Assembly: GCF_006345805.1 (NCBI RefSeq)
Contig: NC_043004.1
Location: 10,478,001-10,542,000 of the forward strand
DNA: 64,000 nucleotides
Direction: 5' to 3'
Source: Octopus sinensis
Lineage: Eukaryota
The notes below the pieces were generated by a model. It was not told the DNA's origin. It made no database searches and worked only from the letters and a program-made list of their open reading frames with translations. The position numbers and the translations under genes were made by a program. This document shows, piece by piece, positions 1 through 12,711 of the stretch (position 1 is its first letter; every line of letters starts with the position of its first letter).

Positions 1-99
1 TTCGGAGACGTAAACAAACGACCACCGGTTGTCAAGTGCAGGTGGTGTACAGAGAACCATACACACACACGCGCGCACACACATGGACACACACGAACA

Positions 100-415
100 T
101 ACATATGGCATGGCTCTCCGTCGTTTATGACGAAGAGTGTTCCACTTGATACGGTCTACGGAATAGTTTGCTTGTGAAATTAACATGCAAATGACTGAGT
201 ATTCCACAGATGCGTGAACCCTTAACGTCGTTCACATGGCGATTCAGAATGTGAGGAGGTTGGCTCTTTGAATTACAAGTACAACTGAATGGACTGAGTG
301 GACTGGGGCAACGTGAAATAAGGTGTGTTGCTTAAGGACACAATGCGCTCACGGGAATCGAGCTCATAAACTTACGATCGAGAGCCGAATACCGTAACCA
401 CTAGGCCACACGCCT
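100..415 (-). mobile_element. tRNA-derived SINE fragment (decayed head, tail shared with 47159-47495 element), nested in a family-B SINE relic
   Basis: Segment gtgaaattaacatgcaaatgactgagtattccacagatgcgtgaacccttaacg aligns with gtggaattaacgtgcaagtggccgagcattccacagacacgtgtacccttaacg at ~47180. It is flanked by family-B pieces at 1-60 and 430-570. Confidence 0.55.
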
Positions 416-1084
416 TCACTGCATACATATATACACGATGGGCTTCAACAAGTTTCCTTCGCAAAATCACTCACAAGACATCGTTCGCCCAGAGTTTGTA
501 GCAGAAGACACTAAAGCGGACGAAAATCACGTGGCTGAAATGAGAACTCCTTAACCACAAATTCACCGTACTCACACAGGCACACACACGCACACACACA
601 CACATTACATGCACAAACACACAAGACAGGTGGTCGTAGTTGGAATGCCTTTGATTATAGGTTCTGCTCGTTCAGGCAAGACCTGGAGCCAAATAAAAAG
701 AGCAACAAGAAAAAGATTAACCTTGCCCCGACCACATCTTTCTTCCACACAAATCGAGGACATGACTTGGCTTTCAGCGGCGATGAGTGACATATATTGC
801 TGATGGTGACAGGAACAGTGTAGCTAATGGTTACGGTGGTGGTGGTTGTGGTGGAGGATGGGTGTGTGGCTGTAGTGGTGAAGGTTGTGGTTGCGGTGGA
901 GATTGTGGTAGTGGTTGTAGTTGTGTTGGTGGTGATGGTGTTGGCGGTGGGTCAATTTCTTGACGTGAAAATTTATTTATATTTTCTGGAGCGACGTTGT
1001 TTCCTCTTATATTTTCCTTTTAATGTGCTGGTTGTTTGTTTACGGTGGCTGTTTGTTTATGGACTGTGTGCGTAGATGTTGGAA

Positions 1085-1358
1085 CACACACACACACACA
1101 CACGCACGCACACACACACACCACACACACACACCACACACACACACACAACACACACACAACACACACACACCACACACACACACACAACACACACACA
1201 CACAACACACTATGTTTGCGTGCGTCCGTGCGTGTGCATAAGTTTGAGAGTGTGTTTGTATTTACGAAAGAATAGTGTCTGCGTGACTTTGGTTACCAGT
1301 ACAGGAAAATTCCTTTCAGCGTGTATTCTAATAAACGTATATGATGGAGTCCTCGTTG

Positions 1359-1393
<35 letters not shown>

Positions 1394-1548
1394 TGCGTGT
1401 GTGTGTATGCTTGCGTGTGTGTGTGTGTGTGTGTGTGTGTTTGTGCGTGTGTGAGTGTGTGAGTGTGGGTGTGCGTGTTTATAGTATACATTATATGTAC
1501 TGGGGTTTTGTCTATGTCTGATTGCGTGTGGAAATATATATATTAATA

Positions 1549-1591
<43 letters not shown>

Positions 1592-2150
1592 TATATATAT
1601 ACCATATCTACACATAGAAGATGAATTTGTATGTATACGCTGTGTAATTGTGTGTTCTGGTGTATGCATGTCTGTACATTACATCTTATGTGTGTCTGCA
1701 TCTCCTGCCGTTCATTTTATATACGTATATGTATATATATATATATACATACATATATGTTTGTGACAATCTGTGATAAGGCGAACTTCGTGACATTTGA
1801 AACATACACACAGGCCCGCACGCACGCACACACACACAAACGCACACACACACACACACACTCATACACAAACTTATACTGGCACACACCACTCACCTAC
1901 ACACTCAGGGGTTTACACACACATACAAATTACCGATCATATCTCTGGATGACACGTTCAGAATGTATACATATTGTATATGTCAACGCTCAGACACTCC
2001 CTGTATACATCTTTATAAACGTATATACAAACAAGCAAACAAACACAAGTGTTGAGTGTGTATGTATATTATTTATACTTATACATATGTATACACACAC
2101 ACACACACACATATATGTATAGATAAATATTATATATATATATATATATA
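1085..2150. repeat. Compound (CA)n/(TG)n/(TA)n microsatellite field
   Basis: Directly visible dinucleotide runs; these explain the HT/CV/IY-repeat ORFs. Confidence 0.95.
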
Positions 2151-2554
2151 TACGTAGGCATATGGGCTGATGTGTGGGTGACATAGATACAAAGATGGGG
2201 ATGGACAAATAGAAAAAATATGAATGACATCTACACTGCTTCCTATGCGGATACAGAGACGGCTCGATAGATAACTAATTATTTAGCTAGATAGCAAGAT
2301 ACATAGTGATGAAACACGAGTATAGCCTATTTACGTGTATACATACTAAACATATGCTTTTGTTTGTCTGCATGGGTACTGTTCTAACTGTTTATAAGCC
2401 ATGACATCTCACTCGACTTGTCTGCTGACTAGGTTTCGATGATATAGAAAATTGTGTTATAAAAAAAAAAAAGACAGGGAATGTTTTATATTCGTCCTGT
2501 TTCTTAAATTTTAAGAATACTTCGCACCCTTGCGGATTCTTGTGGTTTCCTATA

Positions 2555-3540
2555 TCAGGTCATCCCCATAAGTTCTGTCCCATTTTACCTTTTTTAAAAT
2601 TGAATGAAATTTAATAATATTTTAGAATTTCTAACGGAATTTGAAATTATTTTCATGCTTTTGTGTACATTTAAACTAATTAAATATTATTTTACAGAAT
2701 AATAGAATTAAAATTTCTTTGACTCTTTCTAACATGGAAGTATCCAAGGAGCATTTGAGGCACAATAATGCTTTATGAGTACAAAAAGGAAACTCTGCAG
2801 CCGAAGCGGCTCCAAACATACACTCAGTTTATGGGAAAGAATACTTGAATGAAACAACTTTCAGAAGATGGTTTGCAAAATTCAGAAGTGGAGATTTCAG
2901 CCTTGAAGATGAAAATCGAACCGGACGTCCTGTTGAGTTTGATGATAAGCTCTTTGAGGCATTACTTGAAGAAAATCCTGCATTATCATTTGAAGAATTG
3001 GCAATAAAGCTTAGTTCAAACCAAACAGCTGTTCATCGTCATCTTCAACAACTTGGAACGGTTCCTAAACTTGGAAAATTGGTGCCTCATGATTTGTCCG
3101 AAAGCAACCGCAAATCCCGATTTGACATCTGCTCTTCTCTGCACACATGATCACAAGAACGTAGTTTCGATTTCCGGACCGGGTTGCGCATTTTGCCGAT
3201 AAGCGAAACACTTCATTTCAGGTTACTGCAGACTACGTAGCTGCAAATGAGTAACCTTTCGACGGACCGACGTCCCGTTGAGTTTGGGTAAATCTGTGAT
3301 CACGGTCATTATACGACATAGAAATGGGACAATTGGCCCTCTGAGTCCTAGCACTGGAGATAGTAATGTATTGGGATTATTACAACTGATGCCAAACTCA
3401 TGTGGTAGCCCTTCTAGAAGTTTCCATATCTAAATTATTACGTATCTCTTGCGCACGATGAAAGGTAAATCTGATCATGATGGTATTTGAAATGTGAGCT
3501 TCAAGAGTTACAACAACTAACACTGGACATTTTGTCTGAC
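2555..3540 (+). mobile_element. Mariner (Tc1/mariner superfamily) relic: 5' TIR and N-terminal transposase half
   Basis: TA-flanked tcaggtcatcccc TIR at 2555, similar to the TIR at 41183/42400. Frameshifted translation from 2733 reads MEVSKEHLRH..FRRWFAKFRSGDFSLEDENRTGRP..GKLVPHDL (HTH and WVPHEL-like motif). It breaks off after 3150; the 3' boundary is uncertain. Confidence 0.85.
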
Positions 3541-3624
3541 GCTCTAAGGTGTCTGTTAATCCATCATGTGAAATACATTATTTAACACATGCAACATTAG
3601 CAAGTTTAAATACACACACACACA

Positions 3625-3662
<38 letters not shown>

Positions 3663-3679
3663 AAAGGGTAAAGGGTATG

Positions 3680-3985
3680 AATAACGATGGGTTTGCACCT
3701 AGAAAGTTACTCTCCGAGGCACAAGTTCGGGCAAGGTTGTTTACAGAAGACCAGATGTCACCCATGCATAGCAGCCTCCCCTATCCACGCCACTAGTGTT
3801 ATCCAAAGGAAAGGCAAAGGCTGATACAGCTCGGCATCAGTGATGTTGCAACTCATTTTTACAGTTGAGTGAACTGGAACAACGTAAAATAAAATGTCTT
3901 GCGCAAGAACACATCACACAATCCGATCTTGGAATTGAACTCACTACCTCATGATTGTGTGCCCGACGCTCTAACCCTTGAGCCA
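3680..3985 (-). mobile_element. tRNA-derived SINE with CORE-like body and RTE-like tail
   Basis: The minus strand begins gtggctcaagggttagagcgtcgggcac..gagttcaattcc (A/B boxes), followed by gtgttcttgcgcaagaca (CORE-like). Confidence 0.6.
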
Positions 3986-4013
3986 CACACACACACACAC
4001 ACACTCATATATA

Positions 4014-4243
4014 TATTTCTTTATTGCCCACGGGGGTTAAATATAGAGGGGACAAATGAGGACAGACAAAGGGATTAAGTCGAATACATCGACCCCAGTG
4101 AGCAACTGGTTCTTAATTTATCGACCCAGAAAGGATGAAAGGCAAAGTCAACCTCGGCGGAATTTGAACTCAAAATGTAAAGACGGGCGAAATACCTCTA
4201 AGAATTTCGCCCAGTGTGCTAACGATTCTGCCAGCTCGCCGCC
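4014..4243 (-). mobile_element. SINE family A monomer (tRNA head + central domain ccgaggtcgactttgcctttcatcctttcggggtcgat)
   Basis: Head ggcggcgagctggcagaa and B box gagttcaaattcc. More than 15 related copies occur in the window. Confidence 0.9.
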
Positions 4244-5161
4244 TTATATATATAGTTATATATTTCCGTGTATGAAATTATAGATGTGTGCTTCAATAAG
4301 GGCGAAAGTTATTGTCCACCGGTTAAAGTTTTCCTCTCATTCTCATAGCAATGTTTCTCATAGGTGGCTCGTCACCCCACTGGTAGGGCCTGTGAAGATT
4401 GAAAAAGGGGCACTTAAATGGCAATCAACATGATAAATTGTTTTAGCTTCTCCTACCACATTGTGTAGAAGGAAGAATTTTATGGACAAACACTATATTT
4501 TGTCTTCTAATTTATGAAGTGCAGTAACGAGAGAAAATATTTGACTTTTCCTTTAATGACTGGCTGGTATTCGGCAGTTTAGAACCGTTACTTTAGAAGT
4601 TTCGGTATGTATCTTCCAAAGCACACCGTCTCATATTTGGACAGATTTTTGATGTACTGTTCTTACTTCCGCTCTATATACAAACATGCATACACAAAAG
4701 CATGTACACACACATGCATGCACACATAAATACGTACATACACACAAATACAACGTACTCACACACATGCGTATACATGCATACGCACACACGCACGCGC
4801 ACACATACTCACACAGACATATATGTATAGATATCTTTCACAAAAGCACTCCATATACACACTGATTGCCATGATAGTTTTCTCATTTTAGCCCCCAACA
4901 TTTTCCGACAATAATTTATCAGCACTTCCTCAAAATATTTTATCATTTACTGTACATAAAATATCTCACGCCCGTTCCCACCCACCCTTACTTACTGCAA
5001 ACACACACTCTTTTATTTTCTTCTCTGTCATCCTGTGCCCTCTGACAACCTCTATGATATCAGCAAATGAGCGTGAAAAGAATTTGGAGAGAAACAGAGG
5101 CAAGGCGGCATGGTCACGACTTGAAGGCTGATATGATGTTAAACGTCATTTACTTTTACCA

Positions 5162-5532
5162 GGGCGGCGAGCTTGGCAGAATTGTTAGCGCGCAGGGTGA
5201 AATGCTTAGCGGTATTTCGTCTGCCGCAACGTTTTGAGTTCAAATTCCGCCGAGGTCGACTTTGCTTTTCATCCTTTCGGGGTCGATTAAATAAGTACCA
5301 GTTACGCACTGGGGTCGATATATATCGACTTAATCCGTTTGTGTGTCCTTGTTTGTCCTCTCTGTGTTTAGCCCCTTGTGGGTAGTAAAGAAATAGGTAT
5401 TACGTCTGCCGCTACGTTCTGAGTTCAAATTTCGGGCTCGTTAACTTAAGTACCAGTTGAGTACCGGGGTGGATGTAGTCGACTTGCCCCTTCTCCAAAA
5501 TTTCAGGGCTTGTGGGTATAGTAGAAAGGATT
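5162..5532 (+). mobile_element. SINE family A dimer with 14-bp TSD
   Basis: The second unit restarts at ggtattacgtctg (~5396). Flanks are atttacttttacca (5148-5161) and atttacttatacca (5533-5546). Confidence 0.85.
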
Positions 5533-5555
5533 ATTTACTTATACCAACAAAACAG

Positions 5556-5962
5556 TACTCTTTACTCATTTAATTGTTTCAAACATTTGACTGCGGCCAT
5601 GATGGAGCACCGCCTTTAGTCGAGCAAATCGACCCCAGGACTTATTCGTTGTAAGCCTACTAGTACTTATTCTATCGGTCTCTTTTGCCGAACCGCTATG
5701 TTACGGGGACTTAAACACACCACCATCGGTTGTCAAGCGATGGTGGGGACACAAACACAGACACACAAACATATACACACACATACATATATATACATAA
5801 ATACGACGGGCTTCCTTCAGTTTCCGTCTAGCAAATACACTCACAAGGCTTGGTCGGCCTGAGGCTATTGTAGAAAACACGTGCCGAAGGTGCCACGCAT
5901 GGGACTGAACCCGGATCCATGTGGTTGGTACAAGCTACTTACCACACAGCCACTCCTGCGTC
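5556..5962 (-). mobile_element. SINE family B (tRNA head + CORE-like domain + CA-rich middle)
   Basis: The minus strand starts gcaggagtggctgtgtggtaagtagc..gggttcagtccca..gcaccttcggcacgtg. Matching copies lie at 45150, 55612 and 62107. Confidence 0.9.
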
Positions 5963-5968
5963 TATATA

Positions 5969-6048
<80 letters not shown>

Positions 6049-6194
6049 CGTTATATATTAGGGAATATAATTCAAACTTACAGAAAAATTCAATTAGAAA
6101 TACTAAATCAAATTTCGCAAAATTTATATATATATATATATAGATATAAAATTAATATTATACTATATTATATTCTATTTATATTATATTTTTA

Positions 6195-6237
<43 letters not shown>

Positions 6238-6242
6238 TAATA

Positions 6243-6276
<34 letters not shown>
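5963..6276. repeat. (TA)n tract, left flank of the PLE
   Basis: Visible TA runs with a ~70-bp non-TA insert at ~6055-6125. Confidence 0.9.
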
Positions 6277-6300
6277 CTTTATTTTAAGCAGCAGAAAATT

Positions 6301-6352
6301 CAAAAATCTGTTACTCTGAGTTTCTCGTTGCCGTTCATCAGACAGTTTTTGC
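6301..6352 (-). ncRNA. Type I hammerhead ribozyme (PLE1 copy 1)
   Basis: CAAAAACUGU-CUGAUGA-ACG GCAA CGA-GAAA-CUC A GAG-UA|ACAG(A)UUUUUG. Helix I is 10 bp with one bulge; helix III is palindromic; the GUA site cleaves after 6312. Helix II is atypical (2 bp + GNRA loop, A.A at 10.1-11.1). Confidence 0.8.
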
Positions 6353-7350
6353 TAGAATGGAACATATATAATTCAATCTATACTCTTACAAACGCTACAC
6401 CTTTAAAAAGAAATGGACTTGTTTGATTGCCCTTTAGAAAAAACGGTCAATCTTCGAGCGATAAACAAAAAGGTCAAAAATATATGTATATATATATATA
6501 AAACTTATAAATTATAAAAATTATAAAATCCGAGGAAAAAACCGAGGAAAAAACCTATTGCCGTTAATGAAGACAGTACAAATTAATGCATAAAATTAAA
6601 CCTGTTATAAATACTGCAATACATATTTATATTAAAATCCACATATATATATCAACATACACAAAAGGATGCGCGTAAACGCCATACATACATATACAGA
6701 CGTATGAATATGAATCTAATTATACACATAAAAGCATGTGTACATATATTCACGCAAACCGTCTCGCACGCAAGCTAAAATTCATCTATGTAGCAATTCT
6801 CATATACTGAGCAAGGAGGGGGAACGAAAGAAAGGGAAAGAGAGAAAAAGAACGAAAGAGGGAGGGGAAACTTGTAGCGATGTTATTGGCATCTATAGAG
6901 GCCAGTATACATACACAAGTTTGAATTGATACATATACATACCGTCGTGTGTATGCGTGCTTAAGCACAAGCATACTTTCACTTACACATACACAGATAC
7001 GCATGCTTACAAATACATATGCTTTGCTATACACAAACTTATATAAACATTCTAAATTTGACAACATTGCTTTTTTAAAAAAAAAACATTGCTTTTAAAA
7101 AATGGGTGCATTAATAAAAATATATACGAAAGACATATAAAATAAAATATAACATCCTATTTTGGGTCATTTATAAATAATCAAGGTAATATAAATAATC
7201 AAGGTAATCCTATGCAATACAATAACATGAAAACAAAGTTTGTAGGTTTTTCCTAATATATATGTAGAAACAATAAGACTTTGCTATAGATCCGTCGTAG
7301 CGCTTAAGAGTCAAAATCAAAATCAAAAATCAAAATACAAAATATATACT

Positions 7351-9478
7351 CTATCCATATGGTATATTTATATTCGACATTTTAAATTTAGCCGCGTGCC
7401 TACATAAGTTCATTACTCACTTCTTTGATTCAAAGAATTATTGTCTTTGAATAATATGTGCATTTTTTCTAATAAGCAAAGCTTGCACTTGAAATTATAT
7501 TTGTAAGCTCCATGCCTGTATGGTGCCGCCCTGTCCAGAATGCTCCATGTCACGTTGAAAGGTGGGGCTTCCTTTTCTTTTAGTTCCCAGACATATTTTG
7601 CTAGGCTGGTTTTCTTCCTATTCTCTGGGTATTTAAAAGAATTCTTATGAGAATAAAATCTTGTTTTAAATGAATTTTCTGAAGCCCCTGTGTATGTCTT
7701 GTATTCCGATGAGCCTTCCACTTGCACCTTGGCTCTATAAACTACTCCTTTCACTAGACATTTCCCTTCTAACGGACAGGAGCTTTCGTTTTTGAAATTA
7801 CATTTCTTAATGGGCTCGGCACCATGTCTAATCTCAATTAGCTTCCTATTATGTTGGCTAATGTAAGAGGCGAAATTTCTGCAAACAGAATAGCTAACCT
7901 TCAGGGTTCTTCTATTAAATATTCTGTAGAATTTATGACCCTGCTTAAAATGCTTAGAGACTAATCTCAAAAATTCCTTACCTATATTAGTCTTTACGGC
8001 CAAATTGAAAGCCGGGTTGAACCACAAAACTTTCCTGGTCCTAGTTCTTCGTGCAGCATTATTATTAGCATTAAGCTGGTTGAACTGGATCTTCTCCGAG
8101 AATCCACTATTCTTTAATGCGCTATCGTAATAAGGTGCAGCATTATGGAATGCTGCCTCGTCCGAAGAAATTGAAGATATTCTTCTACCTACATTGCTGA
8201 CTAAGTTGCTAAGGATAACTGGTGGATGGTTCGAATCTTTGCTAATATACGATAGCTTTTCATTGGGCTTACGGAAGGTTTAAATCTATCCGATCTTACA
8301 TTAAAATTTACGTCTAAAAAATCTACACTATTCAGGTTAGTATCTATCGTAATCCGTACCCATCCTTTGAAAGAAAGCTATAAGGTCCTTCCTAAGTCTA
8401 TCTGATTCATGGCCGTTTAGATTATGCGTGGCTATAAGGCCGTCATCCCTATATAGACCTGCATCTATAAATGGGAATTCTATTTTTAGATTATGGAGAA
8501 TAAAGGCTCCTATGAGCATACATAATTCAGCCCCGTCGTATGCCCCCATCGGTACATCGAAAAGAGAATCCTCAGTCTTCTTAATCCAGGTGGAATCCTC
8601 GAAAAACAGAAGCGATTTCCTCGCATGCATAATAATTTCAATTTCCGAGCTATCGATGTTGACATACTGCTTGGCGAAGTCCAATGCCCTTAGGAGCAAC
8701 GTCCTAGATATCGACGGGTAAAAGTCAATAATGTCGAATTGTGTGAAACTACAATTATTCTTATAGCTAATACCTTTAAACCACTCTATAACTGACTTAC
8801 TATTCTTCCAAATTCTCAAGTCTACTTCACTATCTAACTTAACTAAAATACGGTCCAAAATATTTTTGCTAATAATTCCTATCTCAGTTTTAGCCGGATT
8901 TATCAATCTACATTTGGGGTTTCTACTAAAATTGTCTTTATGGTCTTTCAGAGTAATAAAAGCTGGTCGTGGTGAAAGGTATTCAATCCTATCGCTAATC
9001 TTAAGATCGTTAGCTATTCCTCTTGCTTCTAAGTTCACCTCTTTGTATATATTCGTGTTGTCTTTTTTGTATGTGTCCGTGACACTATTCGAAATCAGGC
9101 GTTTATAAACGTCCTTATCAAGTGCATATAAGTTCCTTGTCTTGTCAGAATTAACGAAGATCTTATTCGAGTCGTTAATCTCCTTAATTTTTTTCTCATG
9201 TTTTTTTGCAATTGGTTGGTAAATTTGCGGAATTTAATTTTCCTAATAATCTCGAAAAGGTCTTTCTCGAAGGCTTCTAATTCCGGAATCGGTGCGGGTT
9301 TCTGGGAGATTTAAATCCATATTTGTTACCTTCTATTTTCTGTTTATTATCAAAGAAGAAGGCTTTCCATCTCAGTCTTCTAATAAACTCTTCCGTTTTC
9401 TCTATAAGACCTTTGATATATTGTTTCCGTGCAGGGATAGGTATTTTTCTGAGAAAAATCCAGCGGGTAAAGTTCCAT
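7351..9478 (-). pseudogene. PLE polyprotein (RT + C-terminal GIY-YIG endonuclease), ~700 aa when ~6 single-base frameshifts are bridged
   Basis: N-terminus ..RRLRWKAFFFDN; RT motifs FDIIDFYPSI, GVPMG-like DVPMGAYDGAELC and LYRDDGL; WFNPAFN..TNIGKEFL; CPLEGKCL; VVYRAKV..YTGASENSFKTRFYSH (GIY-YIG). ATG at 9478, TAG at 7351. Confidence 0.9.
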
Positions 9479-9644
9479 CTTTTTCAGCTGTTTGTTCTTC
9501 CTACTTGTGCAGTCGCTCAAACTTTTACAAGGAGCGGGTTAGACCGGAGTAAACACATAAATGTGAAACAAGGTGGAAAAAAGAGTACTCAAATACCAGT
9601 GGTAGAGTAATATGCTTTATTTTAAGCAGCAGAAAATTCAACAA

Positions 9645-9696
9645 CAATCTGTTACTACTCTGAGTTTCTCGTTGCCGTTCATCAGACAGTTTTTGC
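9645..9696 (-). ncRNA. Type I hammerhead ribozyme (PLE1 copy 2) with duplicated GUA triplet
   Basis: Same core, but GAAACUCAGAGUAGUA|ACAG (3-nt insertion). Confidence 0.75.
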
Positions 9697-10691
9697 TAGA
9701 ATGGAACATATATATATTCAATCTATACTCTTACAAACGCTACACCTTTAAAAAGAAATGGACTTGTTTGATTGGCCCTTTTGAAAAAACGGTCAATCTT
9801 CGAGCGATAAACAAAAAGGTCAAAAATATATGTATATATATATAAAAAAACTTATAAAAATTATAAAATCCGAGGAAAAAAAACCGAGGAAAAAACCTAT
9901 TGCCGTTAATGAAGACAGTACAAATTAATGCATAGAAATTAAACCTGTTATAAATACTGCAATACATATTTATATTAAAATCCACATATATATATCAACA
10001 TACACAAAAGGATGCGCGTAAACGCCATACATACATATACAGACGTATGAATATGAATCTAAATTATACACATAAAAGCATGTGTACATATATCCACGCA
10101 AACCGTCTCGCACGCAAGCTAAAATTCATCTATGTAGCAATTCTCATATACTGAGCAAGGAGGGGGGAACGAAAGAAAGGGAAAGAGAGAAAAAGGAACG
10201 AAGGAGGGGTGGGGAAAAAACTTGTAGCGATGTTATTGGCATCTATAGAGGCCAGTATATACACAAGTTTGAATTGATACATATACATACCGTCGTGTGT
10301 ATGCGTGCTTAAGCACAATCATACTTTCACTTACACATACACAGATACGCATGCTTACAAATACATATGCTTTGCTATACACAACTTATATAAACATTCT
10401 AATTTGACAACATTGCTTTTAAAAAAAAAACATTGCTTTTAAAAAATGGGTGCATTAAAAAAATATATACGAAAGACATATAAAATAAAATATAACATCC
10501 TATTTTGGGTCATTTATAAATAATCAAGGTAATATAAATAATCAAGGTAATCTTATGCAATACAATAACATGAAAACAAAGTTTGTAGGTTTTTCCTAAT
10601 ATATATGTAGAAAAATAAGACTTTGCTATAGGTCCGTCGTAGCGCTCAAGAGTCAAAATCAAAATCAAAAAATCAAAATACAAAATATATT

Positions 10692-11492
10692 CTATCCATA
10701 TGGTATATTTATATTCGACATTTTAAATTTAGCCGCGTGCCTACATAAGTTCATTAACTCACTTCTTTGATTCAAAGAATTATTGTCTTTGAATAATATG
10801 TGCATTTTCTCTAATAAGCAAAGCTTGCACTTGAAATTATATTTGTAAGCTCCATGCCTGTATGGTGCCGCCCTGTCCAGAATGCTCCATGTCACGTTGA
10901 AGGTGGGGCTTCCTTTTCTTTTAGTTCCCAGACATATTTTGCTAGGCTGGTTTTCTTCCTATTCTCTGGGTATTTAAAAGAATTCTTATGAGAATAAAAT
11001 CTTGTTTTAAATGAATTTTCTGAAGCCCCTGTGTATGTCTTGTATTCCGATGAGCCTTCCACTTGCACCTTGGCTCTATAAACTACTCCTTTCACTAGAC
11101 ATTTCCCTTCTAACGGACAGGAGCTTTCGTTTTTGAAATTACATTTCTTAATGGGCTCGGCACCATGTCTAATCTCAATTAGCTTCCTATTATGTTGGCT
11201 AATGTAAGAGGCGAAATTTCTGCAACAAGAATAGCTAACCTTCAGGGTTCTTCTATTAAATATTCTGTAGAATTTATGACCCTGCTTAAAATGCTTAGAG
11301 ACTAATCTCAAAAATTCCTTACCTATATTAGTCTTTACGGCCAAATTGAAAGCCGGGTTGAACCACAAAACTTTCCTGGTCCTAGTTCTTCGTGCAGCAT
11401 TATTATAGCATTAGCTGGTTGAACTGGATCTTCCTCGAAATCCACTATTCTTTAATGCGCTAATATAATAAGGTGCAGCATTATGGAATGCT
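10692..11492 (-). pseudogene. 5'-truncated duplicate of the PLE thumb/GIY-YIG coding region within the upstream pseudo-LTR
   Basis: ORFs 10892-11368 and 10692-10895 are near-identical to 7351-8170. Confidence 0.9.
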
Positions 11493-12573
11493 TTGAATCA
11501 AAGAAGTGAGTTAATGAACTTATGTAGGCACGCGGCTAAATTTAAAATGTCGAATATAATATACCATATGGATAGAGTATATATTTTGTATTTTGATTTT
11601 GATTTTGATTTTGACTCTTGAGCGCTACGACGGACCTATAGCAAAGTCTTATTGTTTCTACATATATATTAGGAAAAACCTACAAACTTTGTTTTCATGT
11701 TATTGTATTGCATAAGATTACCTTGATTATTTATATTACCTTGATTATTTATAAATGACCCAAAATAGGATGTTATATTTTATTTTATGTCTTTCGTATA
11801 TATTTTTTATTAATGCACCCATTTTTTAAAAAGCAATGTTTTTTTTTTTAAAAAGCAATGTTGTCAAATTTAGAATGTTTATATAAGTTTGTGTATAGCA
11901 AAGCATATGTATTTGTAAGCATGCGTATCTGTGTATGTGTAAGTGAAAGTATACTTGTGCTTAAGCACACATACACACGACGGTATGTATATGTATCAAT
12001 TCAAACTTGTGTATGTATACTGGCCTCTATAGATGCCAATAATATCGCTACAAAGTTTTTCCTACCCCTCCTTCGTTCCTTTTTCTCCTTTCCCTTTCTT
12101 TCGTTCCCCCCTCCTTGCTCAGTATATGAGAATTGCTACATAGATAATTTTAGCTTGCGTGCGAGACGGTTTGCGTGGATATATGTACACATGCTTTTAT
12201 GTGTATAATTTAGATCATATTCATACGTCTGTATATGTATGTATGGCGTTTACGCGCATCCTTTTGTGTATGTTGATATATATATGTGGATTTTAATATA
12301 AATATGTATTGCAGTATTTATAACAGGTTTAATTTCTATGCATTAATTTGTACTGTCTTCATTAACGCAATAGGTTTTTTCCTCGGTTTTTTCCTCGGAT
12401 TTTATAATTTTTATAAGTTTTTATATATATATATACATATATTTTGACCTTTTTGTTTATCGCTCGAAGATTGACCGTTTTTTTCAAAAGGGCCAATCAA
12501 ACAAGTCCATTTCTTTTTAAAGTGTAGCGGTTTGTAAGAGTATAGATTGAATTTATATATATGTTCCATTCTA

Positions 12574-12625
12574 GCAAAAACTGTCTGATGAACGGCAACG
12601 AGAAACTCAGAGTAACAGATTTTGT
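12574..12625 (+). ncRNA. Type I hammerhead ribozyme (PLE1 copy 3, inverted arm)
   Basis: CTGATGA 12585-12591, GAAA 12602-12605, CTCAGAG-TA cleavage after 12614, helix I ctgt/acag, and AATAAA at 12636-12641. Confidence 0.8.
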
Positions 12626-12711
12626 TGAATAGTAAAATAAAGCATATTACTCTACCACTGGTATTTGAGTACTCTTTTTTCCACCTTGTTTCACATTTAT
12701 GTGTTTACTCC

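Noticed and set aside
3145-3310. Insert in the mariner relic containing a short copy of upstream transposase sequence (ggacgtcc.gttgagttt)
   Set aside because: Likely a repair scar or SINE fragment. The boundaries could not be resolved by eye, so no mechanism is claimed.
7351-9478. Selenocysteine (UGA) recoding or programmed frameshifting in the PLE ORF
   Set aside because: I saw no in-frame TGA. The breaks are scattered 1-nt deletions, and the domain order is RT then EN, unlike the permuted selenoprotein-encoding PLEs.
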